This document shows positions 1-9,641 of a DNA stretch of 64,000 bases, in pieces (the first letter of the stretch is position 1; every line of letters begins with the position of its first letter). Location of the stretch: the NCBI GenBank assembly GCA_964291405.2, contig OZ219926.1, positions 3,424,001 to 3,488,000 of the forward strand, read 5' to 3'. This DNA comes from Thermodesulfobacteriota bacterium. GTDB taxonomy: Bacteria; Desulfobacterota; Binatia; Bin18. The notes beneath the pieces are model-generated. The model made no database searches and was not told the origin of the DNA. It worked only from the letters and a program-made list of their open reading frames with translations. The position numbers and the translations under genes were made by a program.

Positions 1-1
1 C

Positions 2-295
2 CATCAGGCGGAAGAGCCGACGCCGTTTTTTGGGCCACAAACGCAGGACGCGGTAGCGCAATTCCAGAAAATGCAGCGCCTCGTCCCCGACGGGATCGTT
101 GGGCCACAGACCCTGATTCTCCTGTATCGTCGCCTTCCCGAGTATATGCCGCCGAGTCTGAGTCGAAGAGAGAGGGTGGAGGGTACATTTGCCGTTCAGC
201 TCCCAACGGGGGTACGGCAAGGAACAGACCTGCCTCTTCGTGGAGAGAGGGCCGAGCCCATTGAGCAACTGGAGCCTATGGGGAAGGATGCATGA
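2..295 (+). CDS. 3' end (partial) of a peptidoglycan-binding-domain protein, probably ExeA/GspA-like
   Basis: Frame is open from the window edge: FGPQTQDAVAQFQKMQRLVPDGIVGPQT is a PG_binding_1 signature. The stop overlaps the start of a GspB-like gene (ATGA). Confidence 0.7.
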   Translation, partial: HQAEEPTPFFGPQTQDAVAQFQKMQRLVPDGIVGPQTLILLYRRLPEYMPPSLSRRERVEGTFAVQLPTGVRQGTDLPLRGERAEPIEQLEPMGKDA

Positions 296-1206
296 GCACG
301 ATCCTTGACGCTCTCAGAAAAATTGAAGGAGAAAGACAAGGGCAGAGCGGCAAGGTCCGGGCCCGCATACTGGTGAGCCCTCCTCGACCTCTCTCTCCTA
401 CCCCTCCATACCGGTCTCGGCTATGGACAGCTGGTGTGAGTTTTCTTCTAGTGGGATTAATCGTAGGCGTATGGATGACTCGTCAGGAAGAAATCCCTCC
501 AGAAGAAGGGGAAATGCCTCATCGCCTCTCAAAAGAAGCGGAACACCGCTTTCCGCTACCGGTTGTATCTGAAAATTCTGGAGATCCCGAGAAAACAGCC
601 TCTGCCGTCACGGGGGGGCAAATCCAAGAAGAACGAAGCAGAATAGGGAGTGTCACTGCCCCCTTTCTGCCTGAGCATCCCCTTGTCCTCTCAGAGCCGC
701 CGCCTCTCCAGGATTCCCCCTTTGTCTCCTCGCCCCAAGTCGCGTTGCGCACGTCGCTTGTGGACGCCACTCCTCAGGGGTTTTCCGAGCTAACTGGAGA
801 GAAAGCTGACCAAGTACCTCGAAAGCGTGAAGACAGCGTCCAGCACGTTTCCGAGACGGCAGGTGAAAGGCTTGAGACCACCCTGGAGAGTGGACGCGAG
901 AAGCAGGATAGGGAGATGGAGCGTTCTGAACAAGAACAGCCGCTTGCGTCAGGGAAGCCGGCAGATATAGCAGAGCCGGACGAACCGGAAGATGTCTATG
1001 CCCCAGCTCCGGCCAATTCAGCGGTCAGCTTTCTTCAGTGGTCACCCGAGTCCGCGCGACGAAAGGCCTTTGTCAGGGTCGGGGGGAGCCCGTTAACCCT
1101 TGTCCACGAAGGCGATGCTATTGGCGGCTATAAGGTCGTCGAAATTCGGCCAGACGCGGTCGCCCTTCGGTCTAGTACGACCCGCTTTCAAATCCGCGTT
1201 CGCTAA
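292..1206 (+). CDS. ExeB/GspB-like type II secretion accessory protein
   Basis: N-terminus MSTILDALRKIEGER is typical of GspB. One TM helix, long Pro/Glu-rich linker, C-terminal small beta domain (VHEGDAIGGYKVVEIRPDAV). Confidence 0.6.
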   Translation: MSTILDALRKIEGERQGQSGKVRARILVSPPRPLSPTPPYRSRLWTAGVSFLLVGLIVGVWMTRQEEIPPEEGEMPHRLSKEAEHRFPLPVVSENSGDPEKTASAVTGGQIQEERSRIGSVTAPFLPEHPLVLSEPPPLQDSPFVSSPQVALRTSLVDATPQGFSELTGEKADQVPRKREDSVQHVSETAGERLETTLESGREKQDREMERSEQEQPLASGKPADIAEPDEPEDVYAPAPANSAVSFLQWSPESARRKAFVRVGGSPLTLVHEGDAIGGYKVVEIRPDAVALRSSTTRFQIRVR

Positions 1207-1248
1207 AGCCTTGACGTCTCTCTGTCTGGGACTGACGGAGGGGAAGAA

Positions 1249-1368
1249 TTACGAAGCTGCGGCCTTTCTGACCTTCGCCTCTGCCTTGAGCTCTTTGATG
1301 CGGCGCTTGAGTGCTTTTTCGCGACGTTTGCGGCGTCGACGAATCTCCTGATCTCTTTCTCTATGCAT
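1249..1368 (-). CDS. 39-aa highly basic small protein (MHRERDQEIRRRRKRREKALKRRIKELKAEAKVRKAAAS), DUF6800-like
   Basis: Read manually (below the ORF-track cutoff). CAGGAGAG RBS just upstream of the ATG; fills the gap between gspB and the minC upstream region. Confidence 0.65.
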   Translation of the reverse strand: MHRERDQEIRRRRKRREKALKRRIKELKAEAKVRKAAAS

Positions 1369-1594
1369 GGTCTCTCCTGGTCTTCTCTCCGATTGCTCTT
1401 ACGGGTGTTTCCGTAAACTTGAAGCGAACACTATACCCGTCTCAACACGGCCTGAAAACAGGGTTAAACTTTCTCGGTGGGAAAAAGGCGAGCTACTAGA
1501 TGTTGTAGACTATATATTTTTCTGCTACAGGGTATTGTGGGTGGTCTGGGATAATCATACCCGCATCCAAGTGAACGAGTGGGTGGAGTTGGTC

Positions 1595-2296
1595 GTGTCA
1601 CAGGGGGGAACCTCGTTATTTTCTATAAAAGGGCTCAAAGAAGGCCCGACCCTTCTCTTCGATGACCATGCTCCGTTTGCCGATGTAGTTGCAGCGGTTG
1701 AGGAAGAATTAGCGCGGGCGAACGGCTTCTTTCGTGGTTCACCTATTGTACTGCACTTTGGGGATCGTCCCCTGCAAAAAGAAGAATGGTGGCACCTGAA
1801 GGAGACCCTCCACCGAGAAGGGGTGGTGCTACGCTATGTGGTTTCAAACAATGCTGTCAGCAGGAAGATGTTATACAAAGAAGGATTATCCGTCCGGGAG
1901 AGTACACCGCCGCCCCGGAAAGAGAAAACGGATCAAGACACTATTCCGCCCGAAGGACAGCCGGCATCATATCTGCGCCACGGGATGCGGGGCGGACAGA
2001 AAGAAGTTTTTGATGGAGATGTGATCCTGGCTGGTGATGTGAACCAAGGGGCGGAAATCATCGCAGGTGGGGATGTGGTTGTGATAGGAACGCTACGCGG
2101 AGTCGTCCACGCCGGCTATCCCGATAACGACGGGGCTGTGGTTATCGCGCTCAACCTGACGCCGTTACAGCTCAGAATTGGACCCTTGATCGCCATTCCA
2201 GAAGAAGGGCAAAACCACCGCGGTGTACTCCACCCGGAAGTCGCCCGGGTTCTGGATGATCAGATCGTGATTGAACCGTATAACGGGAAGCTATAG
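1595..2296 (+). CDS. minC: Septum site-determining protein MinC
   Basis: IKGLKEG N-terminal motif and C-terminal MRGGQ..GDVNQGAEIIAGGDVVVIGTLRGVVHAG; upstream of minD. Start placed at GTG 1595 after GGAG (the track ORF begins at 1367). Confidence 0.9.
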   Translation: MSQGGTSLFSIKGLKEGPTLLFDDHAPFADVVAAVEEELARANGFFRGSPIVLHFGDRPLQKEEWWHLKETLHREGVVLRYVVSNNAVSRKMLYKEGLSVRESTPPPRKEKTDQDTIPPEGQPASYLRHGMRGGQKEVFDGDVILAGDVNQGAEIIAGGDVVVIGTLRGVVHAGYPDNDGAVVIALNLTPLQLRIGPLIAIPEEGQNHRGVLHPEVARVLDDQIVIEPYNGKL

Positions 2297-2308
2297 GAGA
2301 GGTGAGCC

Positions 2309-3103
2309 ATGAGTGGACGAGCTATCGTCGTTACCTCGGGCAAGGGGGGGGTCGGGAAAACGACCGCGACCGCAAATATCGGCCTGAGTCTTGCCAGCCG
2401 GGGGCAAAAGGTGGTGCTGATTGATGGGGATATCGGGTTGCGCAATCTTGACCTTATTCTGGGAGTCGAAAACCGGGTCGTTTACAATATCGTTGACGTG
2501 GTGAGCGGACGCTGTCAGCCGAGGCAGGCTCTGGTCAAGGACAAGCGGATTTCGAGCCTTTTTCTGATTCCAGCCTCGCAGATTGACCAGAAGGAGGCGA
2601 TTAATGCCGACCAGATGCGGGATTTGTCTGCGCAGTTGAAAGAGGAATTCGATTTTGTCCTCATAGACTGCCCGGCCGGGATTGAGCAGGGGTTCCGAAA
2701 CGCGGTGGCGGCGGCAGATGAGGCGATTGTGGTGACGACACCAGATGTCTCTCCGGTCCGTGATGCAGACCGCGTTATTGGTCTGCTGCAGAGCTCGCTC
2801 GGCGAACCGCAACTCATTATTAATCGTATGTCTATGGCTATGGTAAAGCGGGGGGACATGCTCGACCAACAAGATGTGTTAGACATCTTGGCCGTCCGCC
2901 TCCTTGGGATTGTCCCCGAAGATGAAGCAGTCGTGATTGCCGGTAACAAAGGAGCCCCGGTCGTCCTGAACGGCGGCTCGCCGTCTGGTGATGCCTACGG
3001 GCGTATCGCGCGCAGGATTCTTGGGGAAGACGTTCCGATTCCCGAGCTGAACGGCCACTCTAGTTTCGCCAAGCGGCTCGGCCAATTCATCTTTGGGAGA
3101 TAA
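2309..3103 (+). CDS. minD: Septum site-determining ATPase MinD
   Basis: SGKGGVGKTT deviant Walker A, DIGLRNLD, DCPAGIEQGF, C-terminal amphipathic helix. Confidence 0.97.
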   Translation: MSGRAIVVTSGKGGVGKTTATANIGLSLASRGQKVVLIDGDIGLRNLDLILGVENRVVYNIVDVVSGRCQPRQALVKDKRISSLFLIPASQIDQKEAINADQMRDLSAQLKEEFDFVLIDCPAGIEQGFRNAVAAADEAIVVTTPDVSPVRDADRVIGLLQSSLGEPQLIINRMSMAMVKRGDMLDQQDVLDILAVRLLGIVPEDEAVVIAGNKGAPVVLNGGSPSGDAYGRIARRILGEDVPIPELNGHSSFAKRLGQFIFGR

Positions 3104-3106
3104 GCT

Positions 3107-3394
3107 ATGACATTAACGGAACGCATCCAGCTTTTTTTTGGTAAGGGTGGAAGTGGAAGTAAGGACGCGGCAAAGAATCGTCTCCTCCTGGTTTTACAAG
3201 ACGACCGGCTTGGTTTGACTGGGGAAAAGAAGGAAGCCTTGCGGAAAGACATCCTTGCGGCAATTCGGAAGCATCTCGATATCGACGCGGAGGGCTTCAC
3301 CATGGAGTTTATGTCCAGCTCAGCAGATCAGAAGGAGATGCGGGTCACCGCCCCCGTACAGCTTGGCCGGGGGGCTGTGAATCTCTCAAAATAA
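3107..3394 (+). CDS. minE: Cell division topological specificity factor MinE
   Basis: SKDAAKNRLLLVLQDDR motif; follows minD. Confidence 0.9.
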   Translation: MTLTERIQLFFGKGGSGSKDAAKNRLLLVLQDDRLGLTGEKKEALRKDILAAIRKHLDIDAEGFTMEFMSSSADQKEMRVTAPVQLGRGAVNLSK

Positions 3395-3432
3395 GTACGG
3401 TTAAAAGCCGATTGGAGTAACAGGACGGACTG

Positions 3433-3459
3433 AAAAGGGCGGCGAGAGCCGCCCTTTTT
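3433..3459. terminator. Bidirectional intrinsic terminator between minE and hslU
   Basis: AAAA-GGGCGGC-GAGA-GCCGCCC-TTTTT between convergent genes. Confidence 0.8.
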
Positions 3460-3504
3460 CTTGTGTCTCCTCTTTTCTTCCAGGGAGAGGCGATTCTGTA
3501 ATGT

Positions 3505-4893
3505 CTATAGAATATAGCGGGACAAGTCTTGATCTTTGACAATCGCATCCAGCTTGTCCCGGACATAATTGGCATCAATCGGAAGCTCCCGCCCGCTCAA
3601 TTCTGGAGCGTCAAAGGAGAGGTCCTCGACCAGCCGTTCGACTACCGTATGCAGTCGCCGCGCCCCGATGTTCTCAGTCCGTTCATTCACGGTGGCGGCA
3701 ATCTGGGCAATCTGTTCTACGGCGTCGGTCGTAAAGTTGAGCCTGACGTCTTCTGTATCGAGTAAAGCGACATACTGGGTCAGTAACGCGTTTTTTGGTT
3801 CGGTCAGGATCCGAACAAAGTCTCCGTGCGTCAGAGATTCCAACTCCACACGAATCGGGAAACGCCCCTGAAATTCCGGAATCAGGTCTGAGGGTTTGGC
3901 GGTATGAAATGCGCCCGACGCAACGAAAAGGATGTGGTCGGTACGGACCATGCCATATTTAGTGTTAACGGTGCAGCCTTCGACTAGCGGCAGCAGGTCA
4001 CGCTGAACACCCTGGCGGGAGACATCTGCGCCGTGAGTGTTCTCTCGGCCGGCAATTTTATCGATTTCATCAATAAAGATGATGCCAGTCTGCTCGACCC
4101 GACGAATGGCCTCCTGGACAACCGCGTCCATATCAACCAGCTTATCGGCCTCTTCGACCGTCAGAATCTCGAGCGCTTCTGGGACCTTCACGCGGCGTTT
4201 CTTGGTTTGCTTGGGCATCATATTGGAGAACATCTCTTTGAGCTGATTCTCCATTTCTTCCATACCCTGAGGAGCCATAACTTCGACAAAGGGGGCGGCC
4301 GAGCGGGTAATTTCAAGCTCTACCTCTCGCTCGTCCAGCTTCCCTTCGTGGAGCATGCGGCGCATTTTTTCTCGGGTGCTATGTCTGGCGCTTGCGGCTC
4401 CCTCCTCACTCAGGCTGGACGCGGACGGAGTTGGAGGAAGCAGGAGGTCGAGGAGCTGCTCTTCTGCCTGGGCGTGGGCCTTGACTTGAATCCGTTCCTT
4501 TTCTTCCTGCTTGACCAGGCCGACGGCGAGTTCTGTCAGATCCCGCACCATAGATTCGACATCGCGTCCCACATAGCCGACCTCGGTAAACTTTGAGGCC
4601 TCCACTTTGATAAACGGAGCCTGTGCCAGACGCGCCAAACGACGAGCGATCTCGGTTTTGCCAACCCCGGTCGGACCGATCATTAAAATATTTTTCGGGG
4701 CGATCTCGTCACGCAAATCTTCCGGGACTTGCTGACGTCTCCAGCGATTCCGCAACGCAATCGCAACGGAACGTTTGGCTTTCGCTTGGCCAATAATATA
4801 CCGGTCCAGCTCAGAGACGATTTCTCGCGGGGTCATAACCGGGGGACCCGTGTCTTGAACGAGTACGGGTGCCCCGTCGACGACATCCGTCAT
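3505..4893 (-). CDS. hslU: ATP-dependent protease ATPase subunit HslU
   Basis: [47 protein letters not shown]-terminal DLSRYIL. Confidence 0.97.
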   Translation of the reverse strand: MTDVVDGAPVLVQDTGPPVMTPREIVSELDRYIIGQAKAKRSVAIALRNRWRRQQVPEDLRDEIAPKNILMIGPTGVGKTEIARRLARLAQAPFIKVEASKFTEVGYVGRDVESMVRDLTELAVGLVKQEEKERIQVKAHAQAEEQLLDLLLPPTPSASSLSEEGAASARHSTREKMRRMLHEGKLDEREVELEITRSAAPFVEVMAPQGMEEMENQLKEMFSNMMPKQTKKRRVKVPEALEILTVEEADKLVDMDAVVQEAIRRVEQTGIIFIDEIDKIAGRENTHGADVSRQGVQRDLLPLVEGCTVNTKYGMVRTDHILFVASGAFHTAKPSDLIPEFQGRFPIRVELESLTHGDFVRILTEPKNALLTQYVALLDTEDVRLNFTTDAVEQIAQIAATVNERTENIGARRLHTVVERLVEDLSFDAPELSGRELPIDANYVRDKLDAIVKDQDLSRYIL

Positions 4894-4894
4894 C

Positions 4895-5449
4895 TTATAG
4901 TTCCTCCACTACAATCTGATCGTTGGTGTATACGCAGATAGCTCCGGCGATGCGCATGGCCTCCTCAACAATCCGGACTGCATCCAGAGGCGTATGGGCG
5001 ACTAATGCGCGGGCCGCTGCCAGGGCATAATTGCCGCCCGACCCGATGGCGAGAACGCCGTCGTCGGGCTCAAGCACATCTCCGCTCCCGGAGATCAGCA
5101 GAGATGACTCATGATCGACGACCGCCATGAGCGCTTCAAGGCGCCGTAAGACCCGGTCCGCACGCCAGTCCCGTGCCAGTTCGACTGCGGCCCGTCGGAG
5201 GTTGCCATTATATTCTTCCAACTTGCCTTCGAATTTTTCGCACAGGGTAATGGCATCCGCCGTCCCGCCCGCAAAGCCCGCCAGAATGCGATCCTTATAT
5301 AAGCGGCGTACTTTCCGCGCGGCGTGCTTGACGACAGTGTCTCCGAGACTGACCTGCCCGTCTCCCGCCATGGCAACCTTGCCGTCACGGCGGACGGTGA
5401 GAATAGTTGTTCCATGCATGGGTGCGCTCACCGTATATCCTCCAACCAC
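4895..5449 (-). CDS. hslV: ATP-dependent protease peptidase subunit HslV
   Basis: [10 protein letters not shown] (catalytic N-terminal Thr after processing), [17 protein letters not shown]. The true start may be the Met at 5419. Confidence 0.95.
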   Translation of the reverse strand: MVGGYTVSAPMHGTTILTVRRDGKVAMAGDGQVSLGDTVVKHAARKVRRLYKDRILAGFAGGTADAITLCEKFEGKLEEYNGNLRRAAVELARDWRADRVLRRLEALMAVVDHESSLLISGSGDVLEPDDGVLAIGSGGNYALAAARALVAHTPLDAVRIVEEAMRIAGAICVYTNDQIVVEEL

Positions 5450-5533
5450 CGGATACTCATAGCATAGGGTCTTGAATGAACTATTGCAGGCGACGTTATA
5501 GAGGATGCAGGGGGTGAGTCACAAGAGGCCAGC

Positions 5534-6478
5534 TCAGGCTCGCGGGTGTGCCTTGTCATACACTTGGGTGAGCCGGTCTAAATTGACGTGGGTGTAGCGC
5601 TGTGTGGTGGACAGGCTGGAATGCCCCAATAACTCCTGGATCGCCCGTAGGTCAGCTCCTGCATCAAGCAAATGGGTTGCAAAGGTGTGGCGCAGTGCGT
5701 GGGGACTGATCTTGTGAGCCAGACCGCACTGCTTGGCATAGCTGGCCACAAGTCGAGCTACACTCCGAGGAGTTAAGCGTCCACCGCGTTGGTTGAGAAA
5801 AACAGGCCTGGCGTCACCTGCCGACACGTCGTGGGACGTTGGTTGATAATTATTGCCGAGCAAGGCCGGGATCTCTGCCCGATACCGGTGTAGCGTGTCA
5901 AGCGCTGTGCGGCCGATCGGTACAATCCGTTCCTTCTGTCCCTTCCCCTTCACCCGCAGGACTTCGAGGTTGGGGTCGACATCCGCCCAGTTCAGGCCGG
6001 TTAATTCACTGACGCGGAGCCCGCACGAATAGAGCACTTCGAGTATGGCCCGGTCACGCAGCTCGGCGGGAGTATCCGGTGCAGGCGTGTCTAAGAGCCG
6101 AAACATATCGTCAACCGGGAGATAGGTGGGAAGGGGATGGTCTTGCTTGGGCGAACTCAGGTGCAGGGTCGGGTCTTGGTCAATCACGGCCTCGCGTAGC
6201 AAGAAGCGAAAAAAGCTCTTGAGTGCCGAGAGCTTCCGACTAATCGAGCTTTTCGTATGCTGTCGATACAAGGTAGACAAAAAAGCCTGAACGATGTGGT
6301 GGCTGATCTGGGTGACATCGACCTGATCAGGCTCCGCCTGTTCTGTCGGCTTTTCAACAAAAGCGAAGAATTGGTACAGATCGCTGCAATAGTTCCGCAG
6401 AGTATGGGTAGAGACATTTTTCTCTACCTCCAGATAGACGGTGTAGCGGTCAAACAATTCGTGGAGTTCTGGTGTCAT
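5534..6478 (-). CDS. xerC: Tyrosine recombinase XerC
   Basis: RDRAILEVLYSCGLRVSEL, GKGQKER, HALRHTFATHLL, LGHSSLSTTQRY; classic xerC-hslV-hslU order. Confidence 0.88.
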   Translation of the reverse strand: MTPELHELFDRYTVYLEVEKNVSTHTLRNYCSDLYQFFAFVEKPTEQAEPDQVDVTQISHHIVQAFLSTLYRQHTKSSISRKLSALKSFFRFLLREAVIDQDPTLHLSSPKQDHPLPTYLPVDDMFRLLDTPAPDTPAELRDRAILEVLYSCGLRVSELTGLNWADVDPNLEVLRVKGKGQKERIVPIGRTALDTLHRYRAEIPALLGNNYQPTSHDVSAGDARPVFLNQRGGRLTPRSVARLVASYAKQCGLAHKISPHALRHTFATHLLDAGADLRAIQELLGHSSLSTTQRYTHVNLDRLTQVYDKAHPRA

Positions 6479-6598
6479 TGGAATTTCAATTTACTGCCTC
6501 CAATGGTATCAACAAGTCCGGTTTGAAGAAAGTGAGGAGAGAGACGGCCTGCGATGAGAAAACGAATTGCGTGCCGGGTCGTATAGAGAAAGAGTAGA

Positions 6599-6901
6599 AT
6601 GGGGGCGGTTGTGCGAGTCTGTTATCACTGCCAGGCAGAAATATCCCTCGAAGAGCCCATTGGACGGCGCGACACGTGCGCGGGGTGCGGGGCTGACGTA
6701 CGCTGCTGTCTCAACTGTACCTTTTACGACGTGCGTTCTGCTGATGCGTGCCGTGAACCACAGGCCGATCTCGTCCAGCATAAGGACGCTGCGAATTTTT
6801 GCGAATTCTTTGCGCTCAGGAATACGCAGCCGAGTCAGGCTCGTCCATCCGCAGCAGACGCCCGGGCGCAACTGGATGCCTTATTCAAAAAAAAGTCCTG
6901 A
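6599..6901 (+). CDS. Cys-rich putative zinc-binding hypothetical protein
   Basis: CYHC, CAGC, CCLNC and two further Cys in 100 aa; C-terminal ARAQLDALFKK. Confidence 0.75.
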   Translation: MGAVVRVCYHCQAEISLEEPIGRRDTCAGCGADVRCCLNCTFYDVRSADACREPQADLVQHKDAANFCEFFALRNTQPSQARPSAADARAQLDALFKKKS

Positions 6902-6914
6902 CGGAGTTCCTGCC

Positions 6915-7328
6915 ATGACCGCTCGGCGTTGCTCTCCAATGCTTTTTTGCCTTGTCTGGCTCGTGCTGCTGGGCGCCTGTCAGCCCGACCCTCACACAGC
7001 CCAAGGGACGGCCGAACTCTTTCTTGACGCGCATTATGTACGTATTGACTTGCCGACTGCCAAAGCTTATTGCGCCGGCTTTGCCCGTAACCGGGTAGAG
7101 GAGGAAATTCGACTGACCGAGGGCCTGACCATCGATGCCGCAACGCGGCAACCGCGGGTGTACTATGAACTGCTTGAAGAAACACCGCGCGGCGAATCGA
7201 GTGTGTCTTTCCTGTATAAGGCAGATTTTGACGTTGACGGAGCCGGACGATTTACCAAGAATATTGTGTTGATCCTGCGCAATCAGGCCGAGGGTTGGCG
7301 GGTGATCAACTACCGCGAGTACGACTAA
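6915..7328 (+). CDS. Putative lipoprotein
   Basis: Lipobox LLGAC after a hydrophobic stretch; GGAG upstream of ATG 6915; C-terminal GWRVINY resembles NTF2-like folds. Confidence 0.7.
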   Translation: MTARRCSPMLFCLVWLVLLGACQPDPHTAQGTAELFLDAHYVRIDLPTAKAYCAGFARNRVEEEIRLTEGLTIDAATRQPRVYYELLEETPRGESSVSFLYKADFDVDGAGRFTKNIVLILRNQAEGWRVINYREYD

Positions 7329-7441
7329 AGCCCTCCTGTGGTTGACAGGCGGAGACCAGGGGCGAAGGATAGTGTGAAGGTGACAGAGCAAGAGAGGCAG
7401 AACGAGACTACGATGACAAGGGTCGGAAAGGAGGAAGTGAT

Positions 7442-7681
7442 ATGCAGGACAAAACCTATGTCATTACCGAGATCGTGGGCACCTCAGAGCAGTCGATCTC
7501 GGCGGCGGTAAGCAACGCGGTTGATCGCGCCAACAAGACGCTCAAGGCGCTCGACTGGTTTGAGGTCAAGGCGCTCCGCGGAACAGTCGTAGATGGCAAA
7601 GTGGGGCAGTATCAGGTCACGCTTGATGTGGGCTTCCGCTATTTGAGCGATGAAGAAATGAAAGCCTGGGCAGAAGGGTAA
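7442..7681 (+). CDS. Dodecin (flavin-binding), copy 1, with C-terminal extension
   Basis: TY..TEIVGTSEQSI..A...A.KTL..LDWFEV...RG....G....YQVTL.VGF pattern; GGAGG RBS. Confidence 0.92.
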   Translation: MQDKTYVITEIVGTSEQSISAAVSNAVDRANKTLKALDWFEVKALRGTVVDGKVGQYQVTLDVGFRYLSDEEMKAWAEG

Positions 7682-7723
7682 GCCATATATAAACCCTGGG
7701 TGTAGAGACGAAAGGGAGGAGCC

Positions 7724-7933
7724 ATGTCAGACAAAACGTATAAGCTCATTGAATTGGTTGGGGTATCGGAGAACTCGATTGAAGAAGCTATCCAGAATGC
7801 CGTCGCCCGGGCCAATCAAACCCTCAAGAATTTGGATTGGTTTGAGGTCGTTGAAGCGCGCGGTGTGATTCAGGATGGCAAAGTCAATCAGTTCCAGGTC
7901 AAGATCAAGGTTGGATTTCGGTTGAATATGTAA
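7724..7933 (+). CDS. Dodecin (flavin-binding), copy 2
   Basis: TYKLIELVGVSENSIEEAIQNA...LDWFEV..ARG...FQVKIKVGFRL; GGAGG RBS. Confidence 0.95.
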   Translation: MSDKTYKLIELVGVSENSIEEAIQNAVARANQTLKNLDWFEVVEARGVIQDGKVNQFQVKIKVGFRLNM

Positions 7934-8060
7934 GGCCAATCTGAACTGTGTCAGAGAGGGCAGAACTGCTTCCACTTTTCCGTGCAAGGCGCTATAAACG
8001 AATTGATCAGATCCGTGGGCGACTGGCAACCGTGAGAAGCACGAGCATTGAAGGAGACGA

Positions 8061-8723
8061 ATGATGGCGTTACACATTGGCGAGGAAGCTCCCAATTTTA
8101 CGGCGGAGACCACAGAGGGAACGATCGACTTTCATGAGTGGATCGGAGACGGTTGGGCCATTTTGTTTTCACATCCCAAAGATTTTACTCCGGTGTGTAC
8201 CACCGAGCTGGGCTATATGGCTGGTCTCAAGCCGGAATTTGACAAGCGTAACTGCAAGATCATCGGTCTGAGCATTGACCCGGTCTCCGACCACACCGAA
8301 TGGGTCAAAGACATTGAAGAAACGCAGGGGCATGCCGTCACCTACCCCTTGATTGGCGACACGGACCTCGCCGTTGCCAAGCTGTACGACATGATCCACC
8401 CGAATGCGAGCGGGTCTGCCAAGGGACGGACGGCGGTCGACAACGCAACCGTCCGCTCGGTGTTTGTGGTCGGGCCGGACAAGAAGATCAAGCTCATGAT
8501 TACCTATCCGATGAGCACCGGCCGGAACTTCGACGAGGTTCTGCGTGTGTTGGATTCCTGTCAGTTGACCGCTCAACACAAAGTCGCCACCCCGGTGAAT
8601 TGGAATCAGGGCGAGGATGTGATTATTGTTCCTGCGGTCTCGAACGAGGAGGCCAAGGAAAAATTCCCCGGCGGTTGGAAAGCGCCCAAGCCGTATCTGC
8701 GGATCGTACCGCAGCCGCAATAA
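8061..8723 (+). CDS. 1-Cys peroxiredoxin (Prx6 type)
   Basis: FSHPKDFTPVCTTE motif, YPMSTGRNFDEVLR, ATPVNW. Confidence 0.95.
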   Translation: MMALHIGEEAPNFTAETTEGTIDFHEWIGDGWAILFSHPKDFTPVCTTELGYMAGLKPEFDKRNCKIIGLSIDPVSDHTEWVKDIEETQGHAVTYPLIGDTDLAVAKLYDMIHPNASGSAKGRTAVDNATVRSVFVVGPDKKIKLMITYPMSTGRNFDEVLRVLDSCQLTAQHKVATPVNWNQGEDVIIVPAVSNEEAKEKFPGGWKAPKPYLRIVPQPQ

Positions 8724-8742
8724 GACCGCTCGTGCGAGCAGT

Positions 8743-8768
8743 GAGGGGTCGCTGCCCAGCGACCCCTC
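8743..8768. terminator. Hairpin between convergent genes
   Basis: GAGGGGTCGCT-GCCC-AGCGACCCCTC inverted repeat; weak U-tract. Confidence 0.55.
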
Positions 8769-8783
8769 CGTTCATTTCCGCTA

Positions 8784-9542
8784 TTAATACGTTTTCAAAA
8801 TGCGACCGTACGGCAGGTGCGCGTTAAAAAAGCCATAGCGGCACTGCACCACTTCTTTGACCGCTAACTGGTGCCAGGGGTCGGCTTCAGTCGGCGCGTT
8901 ATAGACCAGTGAGCCCGGCCCACTCCACACCTCGGCAATGCCGTCGGTTCCCACGACAGGAGTAACGGCAAAATTACACGAGACAAGTTGGGCCAAGGCC
9001 GGCTCCTCGCTTTCTTCCGCGCTGGGAATCACTTTGAGGGAAACAATGGGCGGAAATTTGAAGCTCTCGACCGGAGCGTTGCGAATCGCCCGCATGACGG
9101 CCGTCGCCAGCCGGTTACCCGTAGGCCGCTCAATGATGCCCATGAATTCTTCATGTTCCTGCGTCACGTCAACATGAGCCAGCTTTTTGCCATAGCCCCA
9201 GATCTCACGACCCGCGATTAGCGGTGCTTCCTGGGTGACGAAAAGGCTTGGCAGATAGGTCATGGGCTGACCTTCCCAGGTGCAGGCCAGGCCCAGAATC
9301 GCCTCGTTATACGGCCCGAAGGTCGAGAAGTGATATTTGGCAATAAGAAGGCTGGCGGTCGCCGGCTCAACCAGGGCCAATCCTTCCGGGAGGAGGCGCA
9401 GGGCCCCATCTTCATCGGTCTGGTAATCAACGATAATTATCTCCATATTGCGGTAATAGAAGGGTGGAGACTGGACTGCGGGCGCGGTCACCGGCATGGA
9501 GGGGCCAAACTGACTTTTTGTGAGCTGTCCATACTTTGCCAT
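8784..9542 (-). CDS. Acetoacetate decarboxylase family protein
   Basis: GPYNEA and AGREIWGYGKK (Schiff-base Lys) motifs; GGAGG RBS. Confidence 0.85.
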   Translation of the reverse strand: MAKYGQLTKSQFGPSMPVTAPAVQSPPFYYRNMEIIIVDYQTDEDGALRLLPEGLALVEPATASLLIAKYHFSTFGPYNEAILGLACTWEGQPMTYLPSLFVTQEAPLIAGREIWGYGKKLAHVDVTQEHEEFMGIIERPTGNRLATAVMRAIRNAPVESFKFPPIVSLKVIPSAEESEEPALAQLVSCNFAVTPVVGTDGIAEVWSGPGSLVYNAPTEADPWHQLAVKEVVQCRYGFFNAHLPYGRILKTY

Positions 9543-9586
9543 ACTGCTATCCTCCTTGTGGTCTGACTGTACTGTGACTGCGAATC

Positions 9587-9641
9587 AAAGAGTAAACGTG
9601 TCCTCCATCAATACAGACAAAGCTGGACACGTTTACTCTTT
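9587..9641. repeat. ~55-bp palindromic element, copy 1
   Basis: Perfect 17-bp inverted arms AAAGAGTAAACGTGTCC / GGACACGTTTACTCTTT; contains the TAA stop of the amidohydrolase gene. Confidence 0.85.

Noticed and set aside
1367-1594. 76-aa N-terminal extension of MinC in the ORF track
   Set aside because: It covers an AT-rich promoter-like region shared with the divergent small gene; a GTG with RBS at 1595 fits MinC better.
5534-6478. Tyrosine recombinase as a phage or island integrase
   Set aside because: Length, motifs and the xerC-hslV-hslU context indicate housekeeping XerC; no att sites or cargo seen.
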